Source: Gammaproteobacteria bacterium (GTDB lineage: Bacteria > Pseudomonadota > Gammaproteobacteria > Eutrophobiales > Eutrophobiaceae). From it: 54,901 bases of DNA. Positions 38,065 through 49,420 of this stretch are shown in pieces (position 1 is the first letter of the stretch; each line of letters begins with the position of its first letter). The stretch is from NCBI GenBank assembly GCA_047517145.1, contig JAKZTI010000074.1:1-54901 (forward strand), in the 5' to 3' direction. Under the pieces are notes generated by a model, which saw only the letters and a program-made list of their open reading frames with translations, did not search any database and was not told where the DNA came from. The position numbers and the translations under genes are program-made.

Positions 38065-39480
38065 CTAATACCTGTAATGTTCTGGTTTGTATGGCCCATC
38101 GACCGTAACATTAATGTAATCAGCCTGTTCCTCGCTCAACTGTGTCAACTTCGCACCGATGCGATCCAGATGTAATCTGGCAACCTTTTCATCAAGATGT
38201 TTTGGTAACACATAAACATCTTTTCCGTACTCGCCACTTTTGGTGAACAGTTCTATCTGCGCCAGTACCTGATTGGTGAAAGAATTGGACATCACGAAAC
38301 TTGGATGACCGGTAGCACAACCCAGGTTTACCAGGCGACCTTTGGCCAACAGAATAATGCGTTTACCATCAGGGAAAATTACATGATCAACCTGTGGTTT
38401 AATCTCAACCCATTCGTATTTTTCCAGGCTGGCCACTTCTATCTCATTGTCAAAATGACCAATATTACAAACGATGGCTTCGTTCTTCATCCTGACCATA
38501 TGGTCATGTTGAATCACACCAAAGTTACCCGTTGTTGTGACAAAGATATCAACCTGATCACATACTTCATCCATACGTACCACGCGATAACCCTCCATAG
38601 ATGCCTGCAGTGCACAGATTGGATCAATTTCTGTGACCCAGACAGTAGCACCCAAACCACGAAGTGACTGTGCACAGCCCTTGCCAACATCACCATAACC
38701 CAGCACCAGAGTAACCTTGCCGGCAATCATGACATCGGTTGCACGCTTGATACCGTCGACCAGAGATTCACGACAACCATATAAATTATCAAACTTGGAC
38801 TTAGTCACCGAGTCATTGACGTTAATAGCGGGAAAAGGCAACTCATTATTCTTTACCATTTGATATAAACGCTGAACACCAGTGGTGGTTTCTTCTGTCA
38901 CACCCTGTATGTTTGCCAACGTGCGTGAATAAAAATCTCCGTCCTCAGCCAATTTGTTCTTGATGGCTGCATACATCACCGTTTCTTCTTCAGAACCCGG
39001 GTTATCAAGGACTGAAATATCCTTTTCAGCCTTGGTGCCAAGGATCAATAACATGGTCGCATCACCACCATCATCCAGGATCATATTGGGTGTTCCACCA
39101 TCACCCCATAACATCATGCGGTGGGTGTAATCCCAATATTCTTCCAGCGTTTCGCCTTTAACAGCGAAGACCGGGATTTCTTGATCAGCAATGGCCGCTG
39201 CCGCGTGATCCTGTGTAGAAAAGATATTACATGAGACCCACCGCACCTCTGCGCCCAGTGCCACCAGAGTCTCAATGAGCACGGCGGTTTGAATGGTCAT
39301 ATGCAAAGACCCGGCAATACGCGCGCCTTTTAAAGGTTGAGTGTCGGCAAATTCCTGTCGAATCGATACCAGACCTGGCATCTCGGTTTCAGCAATACGA
39401 ATTTCTTTATGACCCCATTCGGCCAGAGATAGATCAGCAACAAAATAATCAGAAAATACATTGGAAGCGGCTACGCTCAT
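38065..39480 (-). CDS. ahcY: Adenosylhomocysteinase
   Basis: [27 protein letters not shown], an NAD-binding GYGDVGKG motif, and ATG at 39480 with a GGAGG RBS. The 50 codons upstream in the ORF track are riboswitch RNA. Confidence 0.95.
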   Translation of the reverse strand: MSVAASNVFSDYFVADLSLAEWGHKEIRIAETEMPGLVSIRQEFADTQPLKGARIAGSLHMTIQTAVLIETLVALGAEVRWVSCNIFSTQDHAAAAIADQEIPVFAVKGETLEEYWDYTHRMMLWGDGGTPNMILDDGGDATMLLILGTKAEKDISVLDNPGSEEETVMYAAIKNKLAEDGDFYSRTLANIQGVTEETTTGVQRLYQMVKNNELPFPAINVNDSVTKSKFDNLYGCRESLVDGIKRATDVMIAGKVTLVLGYGDVGKGCAQSLRGLGATVWVTEIDPICALQASMEGYRVVRMDEVCDQVDIFVTTTGNFGVIQHDHMVRMKNEAIVCNIGHFDNEIEVASLEKYEWVEIKPQVDHVIFPDGKRIILLAKGRLVNLGCATGHPSFVMSNSFTNQVLAQIELFTKSGEYGKDVYVLPKHLDEKVARLHLDRIGAKLTQLSEEQADYINVTVDGPYKPEHYRY

Positions 39481-39496
39481 CTGGTTTTCCTCCAAA

Positions 39497-39584
39497 TCAA
39501 GCGAGCACCGTTTGAAAATGCTATCTCCCAAGCCTGGCGGCCTACAAATATTACTTCTGGCCGTCGCAGTGCTCCTCAGGATAT
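39497..39584 (-). ncRNA. SAH (S-adenosylhomocysteine) riboswitch in the ahcY 5' leader
   Basis: The minus strand reads CUGAGGAGCACUGCGACGGCC...GGCCGCCAGGCUUGGGAGA...CAAACGGUGCUCGC. This matches the conserved GAGGAGCGCUGCGAC / CAGGCUCGG / AACGGCGCUC blocks of the SAH element and ends about 15 nt before the RBS. Confidence 0.8.
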
Positions 39585-39912
39585 AGTTGTACCATGAATA
39601 ATCTTTAAGGCATGGCACGTTGTAATTCAATCACTTGAAGGGTCAGAGACTCAACAAGGGCTGGGAATTATAGCGCTGTATCTCTGAGAATCAAGTAGTT
39701 GTTGACCTTCTATAACAAAATTAATAGACACTAAACAGTGATACAGTAGTCTTTACCATTCGCTTAGTTTCCTGTCTTTCCTTCACTCGCAATAAACCTT
39801 GTATTTCATCCACGGTAGAATGCTGTCGTGCAGTTCGTCTATCTTGACGATGGGAATATATTAATGAAAAAAATCGTCATCAATCAAACTCTTTTAAATA
39901 CGTTTTTTTATT

Positions 39913-42048
39913 TCATTTGAATTCATCTGTTCCAATTAAAACCTGGACTTTCCCGAAATGAAACCCCTGAACAAAATCTACGCCTATCTTGTTCAATTTA
40001 TCTAGTATTTTTTTATTCTCAACAAATTCTGCGATCGTTAGCAGTCCCATTTCATGTCCAATGTCATTAATTGATTTAACCATTGCAAAATCAATTGGGT
40101 CATCACCAATATCCTTGACAAAAAAACCATCAATTTTCAAATAATCAATATGTAATGTTTTTAAGTATGCAAAGGATGAAAGGCCACTTCCAAAATCATC
40201 CAAAGCGAATTTACATCCCCCTTCCTTCAGGGTGTCAATAAATATATTAGCCTTAGCAAGGTTGGCTATTGCTGCAGTTTCGGTTATTTCAAAACATATT
40301 TTATGTTGTGGAATTTTATGTTTTTTAAAGGCATTTAATACAAAATCAAGAAAATTATCATCGCTGATTGATTGACCTGATATATTAATCGCAATTTCTT
40401 TTGTGTTCTTCAGGAGCTTCTTATTTTCATTAAAATAAATATATGCAGTATTAATGACCCATTGATCAATTTTTGTCGCAAGCCCATATCTCTCTGCCGA
40501 TGGCAAAAAATCATTGGGAAGTATAACTTCATCGTCTAGTTGTAATCGGAGTAGCAGTTCGCAGCGTCTATGTTTAGTTTTGGATTTAGATTTTTTGAGA
40601 GGTATTACTGGTTGATATACCAGGAAAAACAAATCTTCATCAAGCGCTCGATTTATGATGGTAATCCATTGCATCTCGCCAAATTGTTTTGCAAGCTGTT
40701 CATCATTAACTTTGTATACATGAATACGGTTTCCACCTTGGTCCTTCGCTGCATAGCAAGCCGCGTCGGCATTTTTAAGCAAATTTATGATATCACCAGA
40801 TGTTTCATCAATAGTGACTAATCCGATACTTACACCAACATTAAATTGTTTTTCTTCCCATAGGAATCTAAATTGATCAACTGCTTTTTTTAATTTTCCA
40901 GCAACCCGTTTTGCTTGTTTCAGCGAACAATGTTCCATGAGGACACCAAATTCATCCCCGCCCAGTCTTGCCACGGTATCTCTTTTTCTAACGACTTTTG
41001 CCAATAATAAGGCTACTTGGCGCAATAATTCATCGCCTGCAACATGGCCACATGAATCATTAACTATTTTAAACTGATCCAGATCTAAATATAGCAAAGC
41101 GTGCTCTGTAATATTTTTCCTTGAACTTAATAAAATTCTTTTCAGACGACTCTCAAATTCTCTACGGTTTACCAGTCCGGTTAATGCATCATGACTCGCT
41201 TGAAAAGATAGTTTTTCTGATAACTCATGTGACTCTGTATTATCAAAAATAGCACCATCCAGATATACCAGTTCATCATTTTCATTAAATATTCCTTGTC
41301 CTTTTTCATAAACCCACTTAATAGTCGAATCCTTATGAATTATTTTATAGTCAATAACATAGGGCTCTTGCTCTTTGAGTCCTGCTGCTACCGTATGCTC
41401 CACCATCTCTCGGTCATCAGGGTGAATGATGCTAGTAAATGTTCTTTTATTATTATCGATGAAATCTTCTGCAGGATATCCACATATTTTGTAAATAGTT
41501 GGACTAAGATAATGCATGGTCCAGTCAGAATTATTTTCACATCGATAAACAGCGCCAGGTATATTTGTTACTAAATCAGAAAATTTTTGTTCGCTTTCCT
41601 TGAGTAAATTCTCAGCAATCAATTTATCCTCGATCAATTTAGCTTTTTCAAAACTCCTGTCCAATACAGTAAATAAATCGTTAGGGCCAATCGGTTTTCG
41701 TAGAAAATCATAAGCGCCTATTCTCAAACTACTGATTGCCGTCTCCATTGTTGCATAAGCAGTCAACATTACGCAGACGATGTTAGGATTTTTATCAACG
41801 ATAATTTGTAATAAATCTATCCCGCTGCCATCATCCAGACGAATATCAATTAGAGCTACTTTTGGACTAGATTCATCAATAAGCTTTTTAGCAGAAAAGA
41901 TGTCATTTGCTGTAATTACACTGAAACCTCTTGTTTCAAGTAACTCTTTCAAAGAATCAAGAAAATCATTATCATCATCAACGATGATAATGGGATTATC
42001 TGAATAATCTTTATGTTCATCATTGACGTTAATTTCGGCTTTGATCAT
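39913..42048 (-). CDS. Response regulator with REC-PAS-GGDEF-EAL domains (c-di-GMP turnover)
   Basis: REC (IIIVDDDN..LIDIRL), PAS, an intact GGDEF motif (RLGGDEFGV), and an EAL domain with an ELL variant motif plus DDFGSG. Confidence 0.9.
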   Translation of the reverse strand: MIKAEINVNDEHKDYSDNPIIIVDDDNDFLDSLKELLETRGFSVITANDIFSAKKLIDESSPKVALIDIRLDDGSGIDLLQIIVDKNPNIVCVMLTAYATMETAISSLRIGAYDFLRKPIGPNDLFTVLDRSFEKAKLIEDKLIAENLLKESEQKFSDLVTNIPGAVYRCENNSDWTMHYLSPTIYKICGYPAEDFIDNNKRTFTSIIHPDDREMVEHTVAAGLKEQEPYVIDYKIIHKDSTIKWVYEKGQGIFNENDELVYLDGAIFDNTESHELSEKLSFQASHDALTGLVNRREFESRLKRILLSSRKNITEHALLYLDLDQFKIVNDSCGHVAGDELLRQVALLLAKVVRKRDTVARLGGDEFGVLMEHCSLKQAKRVAGKLKKAVDQFRFLWEEKQFNVGVSIGLVTIDETSGDIINLLKNADAACYAAKDQGGNRIHVYKVNDEQLAKQFGEMQWITIINRALDEDLFFLVYQPVIPLKKSKSKTKHRRCELLLRLQLDDEVILPNDFLPSAERYGLATKIDQWVINTAYIYFNENKKLLKNTKEIAINISGQSISDDNFLDFVLNAFKKHKIPQHKICFEITETAAIANLAKANIFIDTLKEGGCKFALDDFGSGLSSFAYLKTLHIDYLKIDGFFVKDIGDDPIDFAMVKSINDIGHEMGLLTIAEFVENKKILDKLNKIGVDFVQGFHFGKVQVLIGTDEFK

Positions 42049-42056
42049 GATTGCTA

Positions 42057-42782
42057 CTAATCTAGTTTTAATTTTCTTATTTTAGTTAGCAACTCATCAG
42101 GTTCAAATGGTTTACTTAAAAGCTCAATTTTTGAAGTTTGCATTATTTCTTCAATTTGATTCATAAAATCATCTGAATGGCCGGTAATAAAAATCGTTGG
42201 TACATCATGATGATTTTCTTTTGCATAGTTCCAGACATCGATTCCAGTTCCTCCATTTATCCGTAAATCAAGTAATAGTAACTGTATATTGTCATTAATA
42301 ATAAAATGTTCAGCCTGTTTAGTATTATAGGCAACTTGAACATTGTATCCTTCGTCAAATAGAACCGTAGATAGAGAATCTGCAAAATCCTTGTCATCAT
42401 CCAATAAGAGAATATGTTGTAGATTAGAAACACCAGCAATGATCTTCATCAGTTTGTTAATATTAAATGGTTTGTCCAATGTATCAACAACGCCCTGTAG
42501 CTTTGCGTCATTAATAATTTCTTTATTTGCATGAGCAGTCATCATAACAACGGGGACAGTAGAATCTAGCTTCCTTATTTCAAAGAGTGTTTCGATTCCA
42601 TTAAGACCGGGCATCTTGAAATCAACAAGAATAATATCTACGTTATTTTGTTTAAATATTTTAAGTGCTTCCATGCCATTATAAGCAAGTATTGGTTGGT
42701 GGCCTTCCGACTCAACCAGATCTCCCAAACTTTCAGCAAAATCTTTATCGTCATCTACTATCAAAATGCGTATCGACTTCAT
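42057..42782 (-). CDS. Tandem-receiver (REC-REC) response regulator without an output domain
   Basis: Two CheY-like halves: ILIVDDDKD...LVDFKMPG and ILLLDDDKD...LLDLRING. Confidence 0.85.
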   Translation of the reverse strand: MKSIRILIVDDDKDFAESLGDLVESEGHQPILAYNGMEALKIFKQNNVDIILVDFKMPGLNGIETLFEIRKLDSTVPVVMMTAHANKEIINDAKLQGVVDTLDKPFNINKLMKIIAGVSNLQHILLLDDDKDFADSLSTVLFDEGYNVQVAYNTKQAEHFIINDNIQLLLLDLRINGGTGIDVWNYAKENHHDVPTIFITGHSDDFMNQIEEIMQTSKIELLSKPFEPDELLTKIRKLKLD

Positions 42783-42807
42783 GAGAATTTCTCCTTGTGT
42801 TTATTTA

Positions 42808-44928
42808 TTAGGGAAACCATAACTTAATACTAGTTCCTTCGCCTAGTTTGCTACTGACTGATATTCCACCAGAATGGTGTTCCATTATTTGTTTAACTAT
42901 GGGAAGTCCTAAACCGACGCCATAGGTTTTAGTGCTATAGAGCGGTTCAAATATTTTGCTTAATTCACTCTTAGCGATACCTGGTCCGGTATCATTAATT
43001 TCGATCCATGTCTTATTATCTGATTGGTTCGTTAGAATGTTCAACTTTAGTGGTTTTCCTAAATCACTAATGTCAGTCTGAAGCATTGCCTGACAGGCAT
43101 TATTAAGGATATTGATCAGGCAACGTCTTATTTTCTCTCTTTCCATATTAACTGTTGCACCAGATGATAAGTTTTTAACTATTTCTATATCATCGGGGAA
43201 TTCATATTCATTGAGAATCTCATTGCACCAATCATCGAGCGGTGTCTTTTCAAGGCGCAACTCGGAAGAGCGAGTAAAATCCAGTAATTCTTCAATAATT
43301 GTGTCACATCGAACCACATTTCTTTCAGCACGGGCTATTTGTTTTTCTAATAACGTTTGGCCCTTCCCAGTGATTTTTTGCGAAATGGTGTACAAAGAAG
43401 TATGAATGGTACCCAAAGGGTTGCGCAATTCGTGACTGACGGTTGCTAATAGTTGACCCAGTACGGCCATTCGTTCTTTCTGTAATAATTCTTCGCTAGT
43501 ACGTAACGCCAGGACCCCATAAGTCAGATTCTCAGCGAGTTCTGCCATTAGACTGGTCTCTTCATCTCCAAAATAGTTTATTCCTGTTGAGAAAATCGTA
43601 AGCGCTCCAAACGCTAAATTATCTTTATCCAGTAGTGGAAATGCCGCAATCGAGCAAATGTCTAGTTCAATAGCGTGATCACGCCATGATTCAAAGCGGG
43701 GATCCTTTAATGTATTTGTTATCAGGACAGGATTTGCAGTTCGTATTGCGGCACCAGTAGGGCGTTGCCCATACTCCACATCAGCCCATGTCAAATTCAG
43801 GTTCTCAACATAATCTTTTTCAACTCCATGTACTGCCATGGGTTGTAAGGATTTATTTTTATCATGTACTGGATAACAAACCCAGGCCATACTGTAATTT
43901 CCCACTTCGACAATAATTCGGCAAATCTCATCAAGAAGTTTCTGTTCATCTGTCGCATGAATCATGGCGTGGTTGCTTTGACTAAGGGCTTTCAGTGACA
44001 GACTTGATTTTGTGAGATTCGCGCGTACTTGTTCCAGATCAGCAGTACGTTCGCAGACTAGTTCTTCCAGCTTATCTTTATAATGTGTGAGTTCAATCTC
44101 CGCTTTCTTTTTATCATCAAGATCTCGTACAGAACCTGACATTCGAGTTGCTTTGCCGGTATCATCCCATATTGCTTGTCCTCTTGATCTATACCAACAG
44201 TACTCGCCCGATTTTTTTCTAAAGCGATACTCGATATCATAGGGAGATTTATTTTCAAGATGGTTACTGACAGCATTCCAAACCTCATCTGCATCGTCAG
44301 CATGGAGGTGACCTTTAAAAGAATCTAGACTATTTGGAAATTCTTCTTCTGTATAACCTAATAATTCTTTAAATCTTGGTGAATAGTAGACTTCATTTGA
44401 TTGAATATCCCAATCCCAAAGACCATCATTAGAGCCTGCTACTGCCAGTTCAAATCTTTCTTCACTTTCCTTGAGCTGTTTTTCAATTCTTTTCCGTTCA
44501 GAGATATCCAGTGAATAACTAATGATTCCTATTATTTCTCCGGTTTCATCGGCAAGGGGCGACAGAGAATTATGCACATGAAAAATCTCACCGGATTTTC
44601 GTATCATGGTCTTTTCTATTTCAATGCTACCTTTATCTTTTAAGATAGCTAATACATCCGTGGTTAGATCATAATGTCCCTCTTCAGGATAGAGACGGTA
44701 GATAGGACGGCCCACTACTTCAGTTGATGTGTAACCGAGCTGACGTTCTGCACCTTTGTTCCAGGAAATGATAATACCATTCAAATCAGTTGCTATTATG
44801 GCATCATGAATTTGGTCAATCACATATTTACTATGCAACAAAGCCTCTAACCTGACTTTTATTTGGCTATCTTTGTCACTAGCCTGTTCGTTTAGCCTAA
44901 TGTCTGACTCGAAGGAGTCCCCTTCCAT
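42808..44928 (-). CDS. Cytoplasmic PAS-PAS-GAF histidine kinase
   Basis: Two PAS/PAC modules, a GAF-like region, an H-box TVSHELRNPLGTI and a HATPase_c domain (DTGPGI...GVGLGL). No TM segment. The ORF opens at TTG 45009; the first ATG is at 44928. Confidence 0.85.
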   Translation of the reverse strand: MEGDSFESDIRLNEQASDKDSQIKVRLEALLHSKYVIDQIHDAIIATDLNGIIISWNKGAERQLGYTSTEVVGRPIYRLYPEEGHYDLTTDVLAILKDKGSIEIEKTMIRKSGEIFHVHNSLSPLADETGEIIGIISYSLDISERKRIEKQLKESEERFELAVAGSNDGLWDWDIQSNEVYYSPRFKELLGYTEEEFPNSLDSFKGHLHADDADEVWNAVSNHLENKSPYDIEYRFRKKSGEYCWYRSRGQAIWDDTGKATRMSGSVRDLDDKKKAEIELTHYKDKLEELVCERTADLEQVRANLTKSSLSLKALSQSNHAMIHATDEQKLLDEICRIIVEVGNYSMAWVCYPVHDKNKSLQPMAVHGVEKDYVENLNLTWADVEYGQRPTGAAIRTANPVLITNTLKDPRFESWRDHAIELDICSIAAFPLLDKDNLAFGALTIFSTGINYFGDEETSLMAELAENLTYGVLALRTSEELLQKERMAVLGQLLATVSHELRNPLGTIHTSLYTISQKITGKGQTLLEKQIARAERNVVRCDTIIEELLDFTRSSELRLEKTPLDDWCNEILNEYEFPDDIEIVKNLSSGATVNMEREKIRRCLINILNNACQAMLQTDISDLGKPLKLNILTNQSDNKTWIEINDTGPGIAKSELSKIFEPLYSTKTYGVGLGLPIVKQIMEHHSGGISVSSKLGEGTSIKLWFP

Positions 44929-45239
44929 GGTGTTTTCTGCAATGTTCTTAACCAAGGGGTTTTTTCCTATACTCAGTTTAAATATAGGTTGTATTGGAAT
45001 TTGATGCAACGAACATAGGTAAATAAACGTAGAAAATCGTAATTTAATGTAAAGACTGTCGTTAGTTATGGGAGGAACAAGAATGGTTAAGCAAATTTAG
45101 AATACGAATCCTCCATCCATGGAGGTCAAAAATCAAAAGAGTGCAACTTTTAATAATATTGAAACTAAAAGAAAATATTAGACTAAAGTACCAAATGAGA
45201 CCAGTACTAATTAGTGAGATTTGAAATTAAGATAAAAAA

Positions 45240-46397
45240 CTAACCCAATGCCAATTTCAAAGCGTCAGCTTTATCCACCTTCTCCCATGGAAGATCAATA
45301 TCCGTCCGACCAAAATGCCCATACGCCGCTGTCGGTTTATAAATCGGTTGCAACAAATCCAGCATACTAATAATGCCTTTCGGTCGAAGATCGAAATGCT
45401 CTCTCACCGCAGCGACCAGTCTAGATTCATCGACCGTGCCTGTGCCAAAAATCTCAACGCTGATCGAAGTCGGCTCAGCCACACCAATGGCATAAGACAC
45501 CTGCACTTCACACTTGGTAGCCAAACCCGCCGCAACAATGTTCTTTGCCACATAACGTGCGGCATAGGCTGCAGAACGATCCACCTTGGAGGGATCTTTA
45601 CCAGAGAATGCACCACCACCGTGACGCGCCATGCCACCATAGGTATCGACAATAATCTTACGACCCGTCAGGCCACAATCCCCTGCGGGGCCACCAATGA
45701 CAAAACGTCCAGTAGGGTTAATATGGTACAGAGTTTTCTCATGCAACCACTTTTCAGGTAGCACTGGTTTAATCACTTCTTCCATCACAGCTTCACGCAG
45801 ATCTTCTGTACTAATATCATCAGTGTGTTGCGTAGATAAAACCACGGCATCAATCGCTACCGGCTGCCAATCTTCATAACGGAACGTTACCTGACTTTTG
45901 GCATCTGGTCGCAGCCAGCTTAAAGTGCCATTTTTCCTGGCCTCGGCCTGCTTGCGTACTAATCGATGTGCATAATCAATAGGGGCAGGCATCAGGGTAT
46001 CAGTTTCATTGCATGCAAAACCGAACATCAGGCCCTGATCTCCGGCACCCTGTTCCTTGTCTTCACCTTCATCCACACCCATGGCAATGTCATCTGACTG
46101 TTTGTCCAGTTTCACCATGACATCACAACTATGGCCATCGAAACCGATATCGGGATCGTTATAACCGATTTCATTGACGGTCTCTCGAACAATGGGTTCC
46201 AGATCGACGTCGGCATCCGTCGTCACTTCACCGGCAATCACTGCCAAACCCGTGGTCACAAGGGTTTCACAGGCGATCCTTGATTTAGGATCCTGCGCGA
46301 TCATCGCATCAACAATTGCGTCTGAAATCTGATCAGAAACCTTGTCCGGATGACCTTCTGAGACAGATTCTGATGTAAATAAATAATCTTTTGCCAT
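45240..46397 (-). CDS. metK: S-adenosylmethionine synthetase
   Basis: [35 protein letters not shown]. Confidence 0.95.
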   Translation of the reverse strand: MAKDYLFTSESVSEGHPDKVSDQISDAIVDAMIAQDPKSRIACETLVTTGLAVIAGEVTTDADVDLEPIVRETVNEIGYNDPDIGFDGHSCDVMVKLDKQSDDIAMGVDEGEDKEQGAGDQGLMFGFACNETDTLMPAPIDYAHRLVRKQAEARKNGTLSWLRPDAKSQVTFRYEDWQPVAIDAVVLSTQHTDDISTEDLREAVMEEVIKPVLPEKWLHEKTLYHINPTGRFVIGGPAGDCGLTGRKIIVDTYGGMARHGGGAFSGKDPSKVDRSAAYAARYVAKNIVAAGLATKCEVQVSYAIGVAEPTSISVEIFGTGTVDESRLVAAVREHFDLRPKGIISMLDLLQPIYKPTAAYGHFGRTDIDLPWEKVDKADALKLALG

Positions 46398-46549
46398 TTA
46401 CCCTATTACCTGAGATTTAACCGTGTATTTTGAATTGTAAAAATGCCACGAAACTAAATGAGCGGCGCAGTTTACCTGATTCCGATTCGCTTGACGATGC
46501 TATAATCGGCATATAATTAGCTAATTACCTCAAGAGGGTTCATTCAAGT

Positions 46550-47104
46550 ATGGTCTTAACAGAATCACCTGTATGTGACTTTGGAGAAGACGCGATTGAT
46601 TTCAGCCTGACCGATACTGACGGCAAACTCTGGACGCTGGAAGATTGTCGTGGTGAGAAAGGCACGCTGGTGATGTTCATCTGCAATCATTGTCCCTATG
46701 TCAAAGCCATTCAGGAACGCCTGGCGCGTGATACAGGAGAACTGGTGCATCTCGGTATAAAAAGCGTTGCTATTATGTCCAACGATATTAATGACTACCC
46801 CGAAGATTCCCCTGAAAATATGCGAAAAATCGCTGAACAGTATCAGTACCCGTTTCCTTATTTGATAGATGAAACACAGGATGTTGCCAGAGCCTATGGT
46901 GCCGTCTGTACGCCGGATTTCTTCGGCTATAACACAGACCTGAAACTACAATACCGTGGCCGTCTGGATGCCAGCCGAACCGAGGCCGCACCAGATAACG
47001 CGACCAGAGAATTATTCGAAGCCATGAAACTGGTTGCTGCCTCAGGCAAAGGACCTGAAGATCAAATAACAGGACTGGGCTGTTCAATAAAATGGAAGTC
47101 CTAG
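46550..47104 (+). CDS. Thioredoxin-fold / AhpC-TSA-like redoxin family protein
   Basis: 184 aa with a CNHCPYV motif and a thioredoxin-like layout. Confidence 0.6.
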   Translation: MVLTESPVCDFGEDAIDFSLTDTDGKLWTLEDCRGEKGTLVMFICNHCPYVKAIQERLARDTGELVHLGIKSVAIMSNDINDYPEDSPENMRKIAEQYQYPFPYLIDETQDVARAYGAVCTPDFFGYNTDLKLQYRGRLDASRTEAAPDNATRELFEAMKLVAASGKGPEDQITGLGCSIKWKS

Positions 47105-47374
47105 AGTAAGGAATCTAGACATAAATTTGTACTGAAAGCCAGACAAAAATCAGCAAATAGATTCCAATAGCCCTGAAAAAGCGCCAAATTTACCCACTAC
47201 CCTTGCCCGAAAACCGCGCCTGAGAGACAATGCGCGGCTTGAGAAAACTTCTTCCAGAAGTACACAGATAATTAGAACAAAAATTAAGTACATGTAAGCC
47301 TGGAAAAGCCTGCACAGAGTGACCGTAGCAGCTCAGATAACATTCTAAAATCAACTAGCTATCAGGAGATTTTT

Positions 47375-49375
47375 ATGCCTTCAAGGCGTGAACTTGCCAA
47401 CGCGATCCGTGCATTGAGTATGGATGCAGTGCAAAAAGCAAATTCTGGTCATCCAGGTGCGCCGATGGGTATGGCGGACATGGCTGAAGTGTTGTGGAAC
47501 GATTTTCTTCAACACAACCCGGCGAACCCAGACTGGCCAGACCGGGATCGATTTGTCATGTCTAATGGTCACGGCTCAATGCTTTTGTATTCCCTGCTGC
47601 ATCTGACTGGTTACGACCTCTCGATTGAAGATCTCAAACAGTTTCGCCAACTACATTCGAAGACACCGGGACACCCGGAATATGGCTACACCCCGGGTAT
47701 CGAAACCACGACGGGCCCGCTGGGGCAGGGCGTTGCCAATGCTGTCGGTATGGCCATAGCGGAACGTGCATTGGCCGCAGAATTTAACCACGATGATCTG
47801 AATATTGTTAATCACCACACCTATTTCTCTGTGGGTGACGGTTGCTTAATGGAAGGCATCTCGCACGAAGCCTGTTCATTGGCTGGCACCCTGCAACTCG
47901 GCAAGCTCATCGGATTTTATGATAGCAACAGTATATCCATTGACGGCGATGTTGCAGGCTGGTTTACCGATGACACAGCTGCACGCTTCGAGGCATATGG
48001 CTGGCATGTGATTCATGATGTCGATGGGCATGATGCGGATCAAATCATTGCTGCGCTAAACGACGCTCGATCAGAAACCAGCAAACCGACACTGATTTGC
48101 TGTACCACGGTGATTGGCTGGGGCTCACCAAACAAACAGGGCAAGGAATCCAGTCATGGTGCACCACTTGGTGATGATGAAATTGTACTGACCAGAGAAG
48201 CACTGGGCTGGAAACATGACGCCTTCGTTGTTCCCGATGAATATTATGCGGGCTGGGATGCCAGAGAACGTGGTGCGGAACTGGAAGCAGAATGGAACAA
48301 GAAGTTCAGCGCTTATCAGGAAAAATATCCGGAACAAGCCGCAGAGTTTCAACGCCGAATCGAAGGTAAGCTCCCGGATAACTGGGCAGAATCTTCTGCC
48401 GATTATATCAAGGCCACTGCCGAAGCCGGAGAAGATATGGCTACGCGCCAAGCCTCACAAAAAGCGCTGAATGAGTATGGTCCACTGTTGCCCGAGCTTA
48501 TTGGTGGCTCTGCAGATCTGGCCGGTTCCAATCTGACCATCTGGTCAGGCTCGAAAAGAATCGATGGAAAATCAGGGGCAGGCAATTATATCTATTACGG
48601 CGTGCGGGAATTTGCCATGTGTGCAATTAATAATGGTATTGCCATACATGGTGGCTTCATCCCGTATGCTGCGACCTTCCTTATATTCTCGGACTACGCA
48701 CGTAATGCGTTGCGTATGGCCGCACTAATGAAACAACGCAATATCTTTATCTTCACCCATGACTCCATTGGCCTGGGTGAAGATGGGCCAACGCATCAGG
48801 CTGTTGAGCAGGCATCGACATTACGTTTGATTCCGAATATGACCGTATGGCGTCCCTGTGATGCCGTCGAGTCAGCAGTAGCCTGGCAAATGGCGATTGA
48901 GAAATCCACTGGTCCATCTTCATTACTATTTTCTCGCCAAAAACTGGCACATATATCTCGCTCAGCAGAGCAAATTGAAAATATCAGGAAAGGTGCTTAT
49001 ATATTGCTGGATTGCGAAGGTAAGCCTGAAGTCATCATAATTGCCACGGGCTCTGAAGTTGAACTGACCATGATCACTGCAAATAAACTCAATGCAACCG
49101 GGCAAAAGATCCGGGTTGTTTCCATGCCTGCCACGGATCTGTTTGATACCCAGGACCAATCTTATCGTGATTCAGTCTTGCCCCCTGCTTGTCGGCAACG
49201 CATTTCAGTAGAAGCAGGTGTCACTGATTACTGGCGTAAATATATCGGTCTGGATGGCAAGGTATTAGGGGTCGATAATTTTGGTGAATCTGCCCCGGCG
49301 AATGATGTTTTCGAACACTTCGGCCTGACTGCAGAAAAACTGGAAGCAATGATTCAAGACCTGACGAACACGTAA
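47375..49375 (+). CDS. tkt: Transketolase
   Basis: [27 protein letters not shown], and a ThDP-binding motif in the GDGCLMEG region. Confidence 0.95.
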   Translation: MPSRRELANAIRALSMDAVQKANSGHPGAPMGMADMAEVLWNDFLQHNPANPDWPDRDRFVMSNGHGSMLLYSLLHLTGYDLSIEDLKQFRQLHSKTPGHPEYGYTPGIETTTGPLGQGVANAVGMAIAERALAAEFNHDDLNIVNHHTYFSVGDGCLMEGISHEACSLAGTLQLGKLIGFYDSNSISIDGDVAGWFTDDTAARFEAYGWHVIHDVDGHDADQIIAALNDARSETSKPTLICCTTVIGWGSPNKQGKESSHGAPLGDDEIVLTREALGWKHDAFVVPDEYYAGWDARERGAELEAEWNKKFSAYQEKYPEQAAEFQRRIEGKLPDNWAESSADYIKATAEAGEDMATRQASQKALNEYGPLLPELIGGSADLAGSNLTIWSGSKRIDGKSGAGNYIYYGVREFAMCAINNGIAIHGGFIPYAATFLIFSDYARNALRMAALMKQRNIFIFTHDSIGLGEDGPTHQAVEQASTLRLIPNMTVWRPCDAVESAVAWQMAIEKSTGPSSLLFSRQKLAHISRSAEQIENIRKGAYILLDCEGKPEVIIIATGSEVELTMITANKLNATGQKIRVVSMPATDLFDTQDQSYRDSVLPPACRQRISVEAGVTDYWRKYIGLDGKVLGVDNFGESAPANDVFEHFGLTAEKLEAMIQDLTNT

Positions 49376-49420
49376 CTAGGTAATTATTATTCAAGAATAA
49401 ATGAAGACGGAGAATTAAAG

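Noticed and set aside
39481-39630. A 50-codon N-terminal extension of the AhcY ORF
   Set aside because: The conserved AhcY sequence starts at the ATG at 39480, which has a GGAGG RBS. The upstream stretch matches the SAH riboswitch.
39864-39920. An 18-codon ORF (MKKIVINQTLLNTFFYFI) in the spacer downstream of the GGDEF-EAL gene
   Set aside because: It is too short, has no RBS and overlaps the stop region of the minus-strand gene. There is no evidence for a leader peptide role.
45110-45125. A small hairpin CCTCCA-TCCA-TGGAGG 115 nt downstream of metK
   Set aside because: The stem is only 6 bp and the flank is only modestly U-rich. It may be a weak terminator but is not well enough supported to list as a feature.
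45315-45761. A 148-aa plus-strand ORF inside metK, with similar antisense ORFs inside tkt, pgk, pyk, the kinase gene and the secretin gene
   Set aside because: They lie fully within strongly conserved genes on the opposite strand, and their compositionally skewed products are typical of antisense frames.
46398-46549. A possible SAM riboswitch in the metK leader
   Set aside because: Reading the minus-strand leader, I found no SAM-I, SAM-II or SAM-SAH conserved blocks. There is only a 6-bp inverted repeat (CCGATT/AATCGG). An extended -10-like TGCTATAAT (46498-46506) faces the plus-strand redoxin gene but has no good -35, so it is not reported as a feature.
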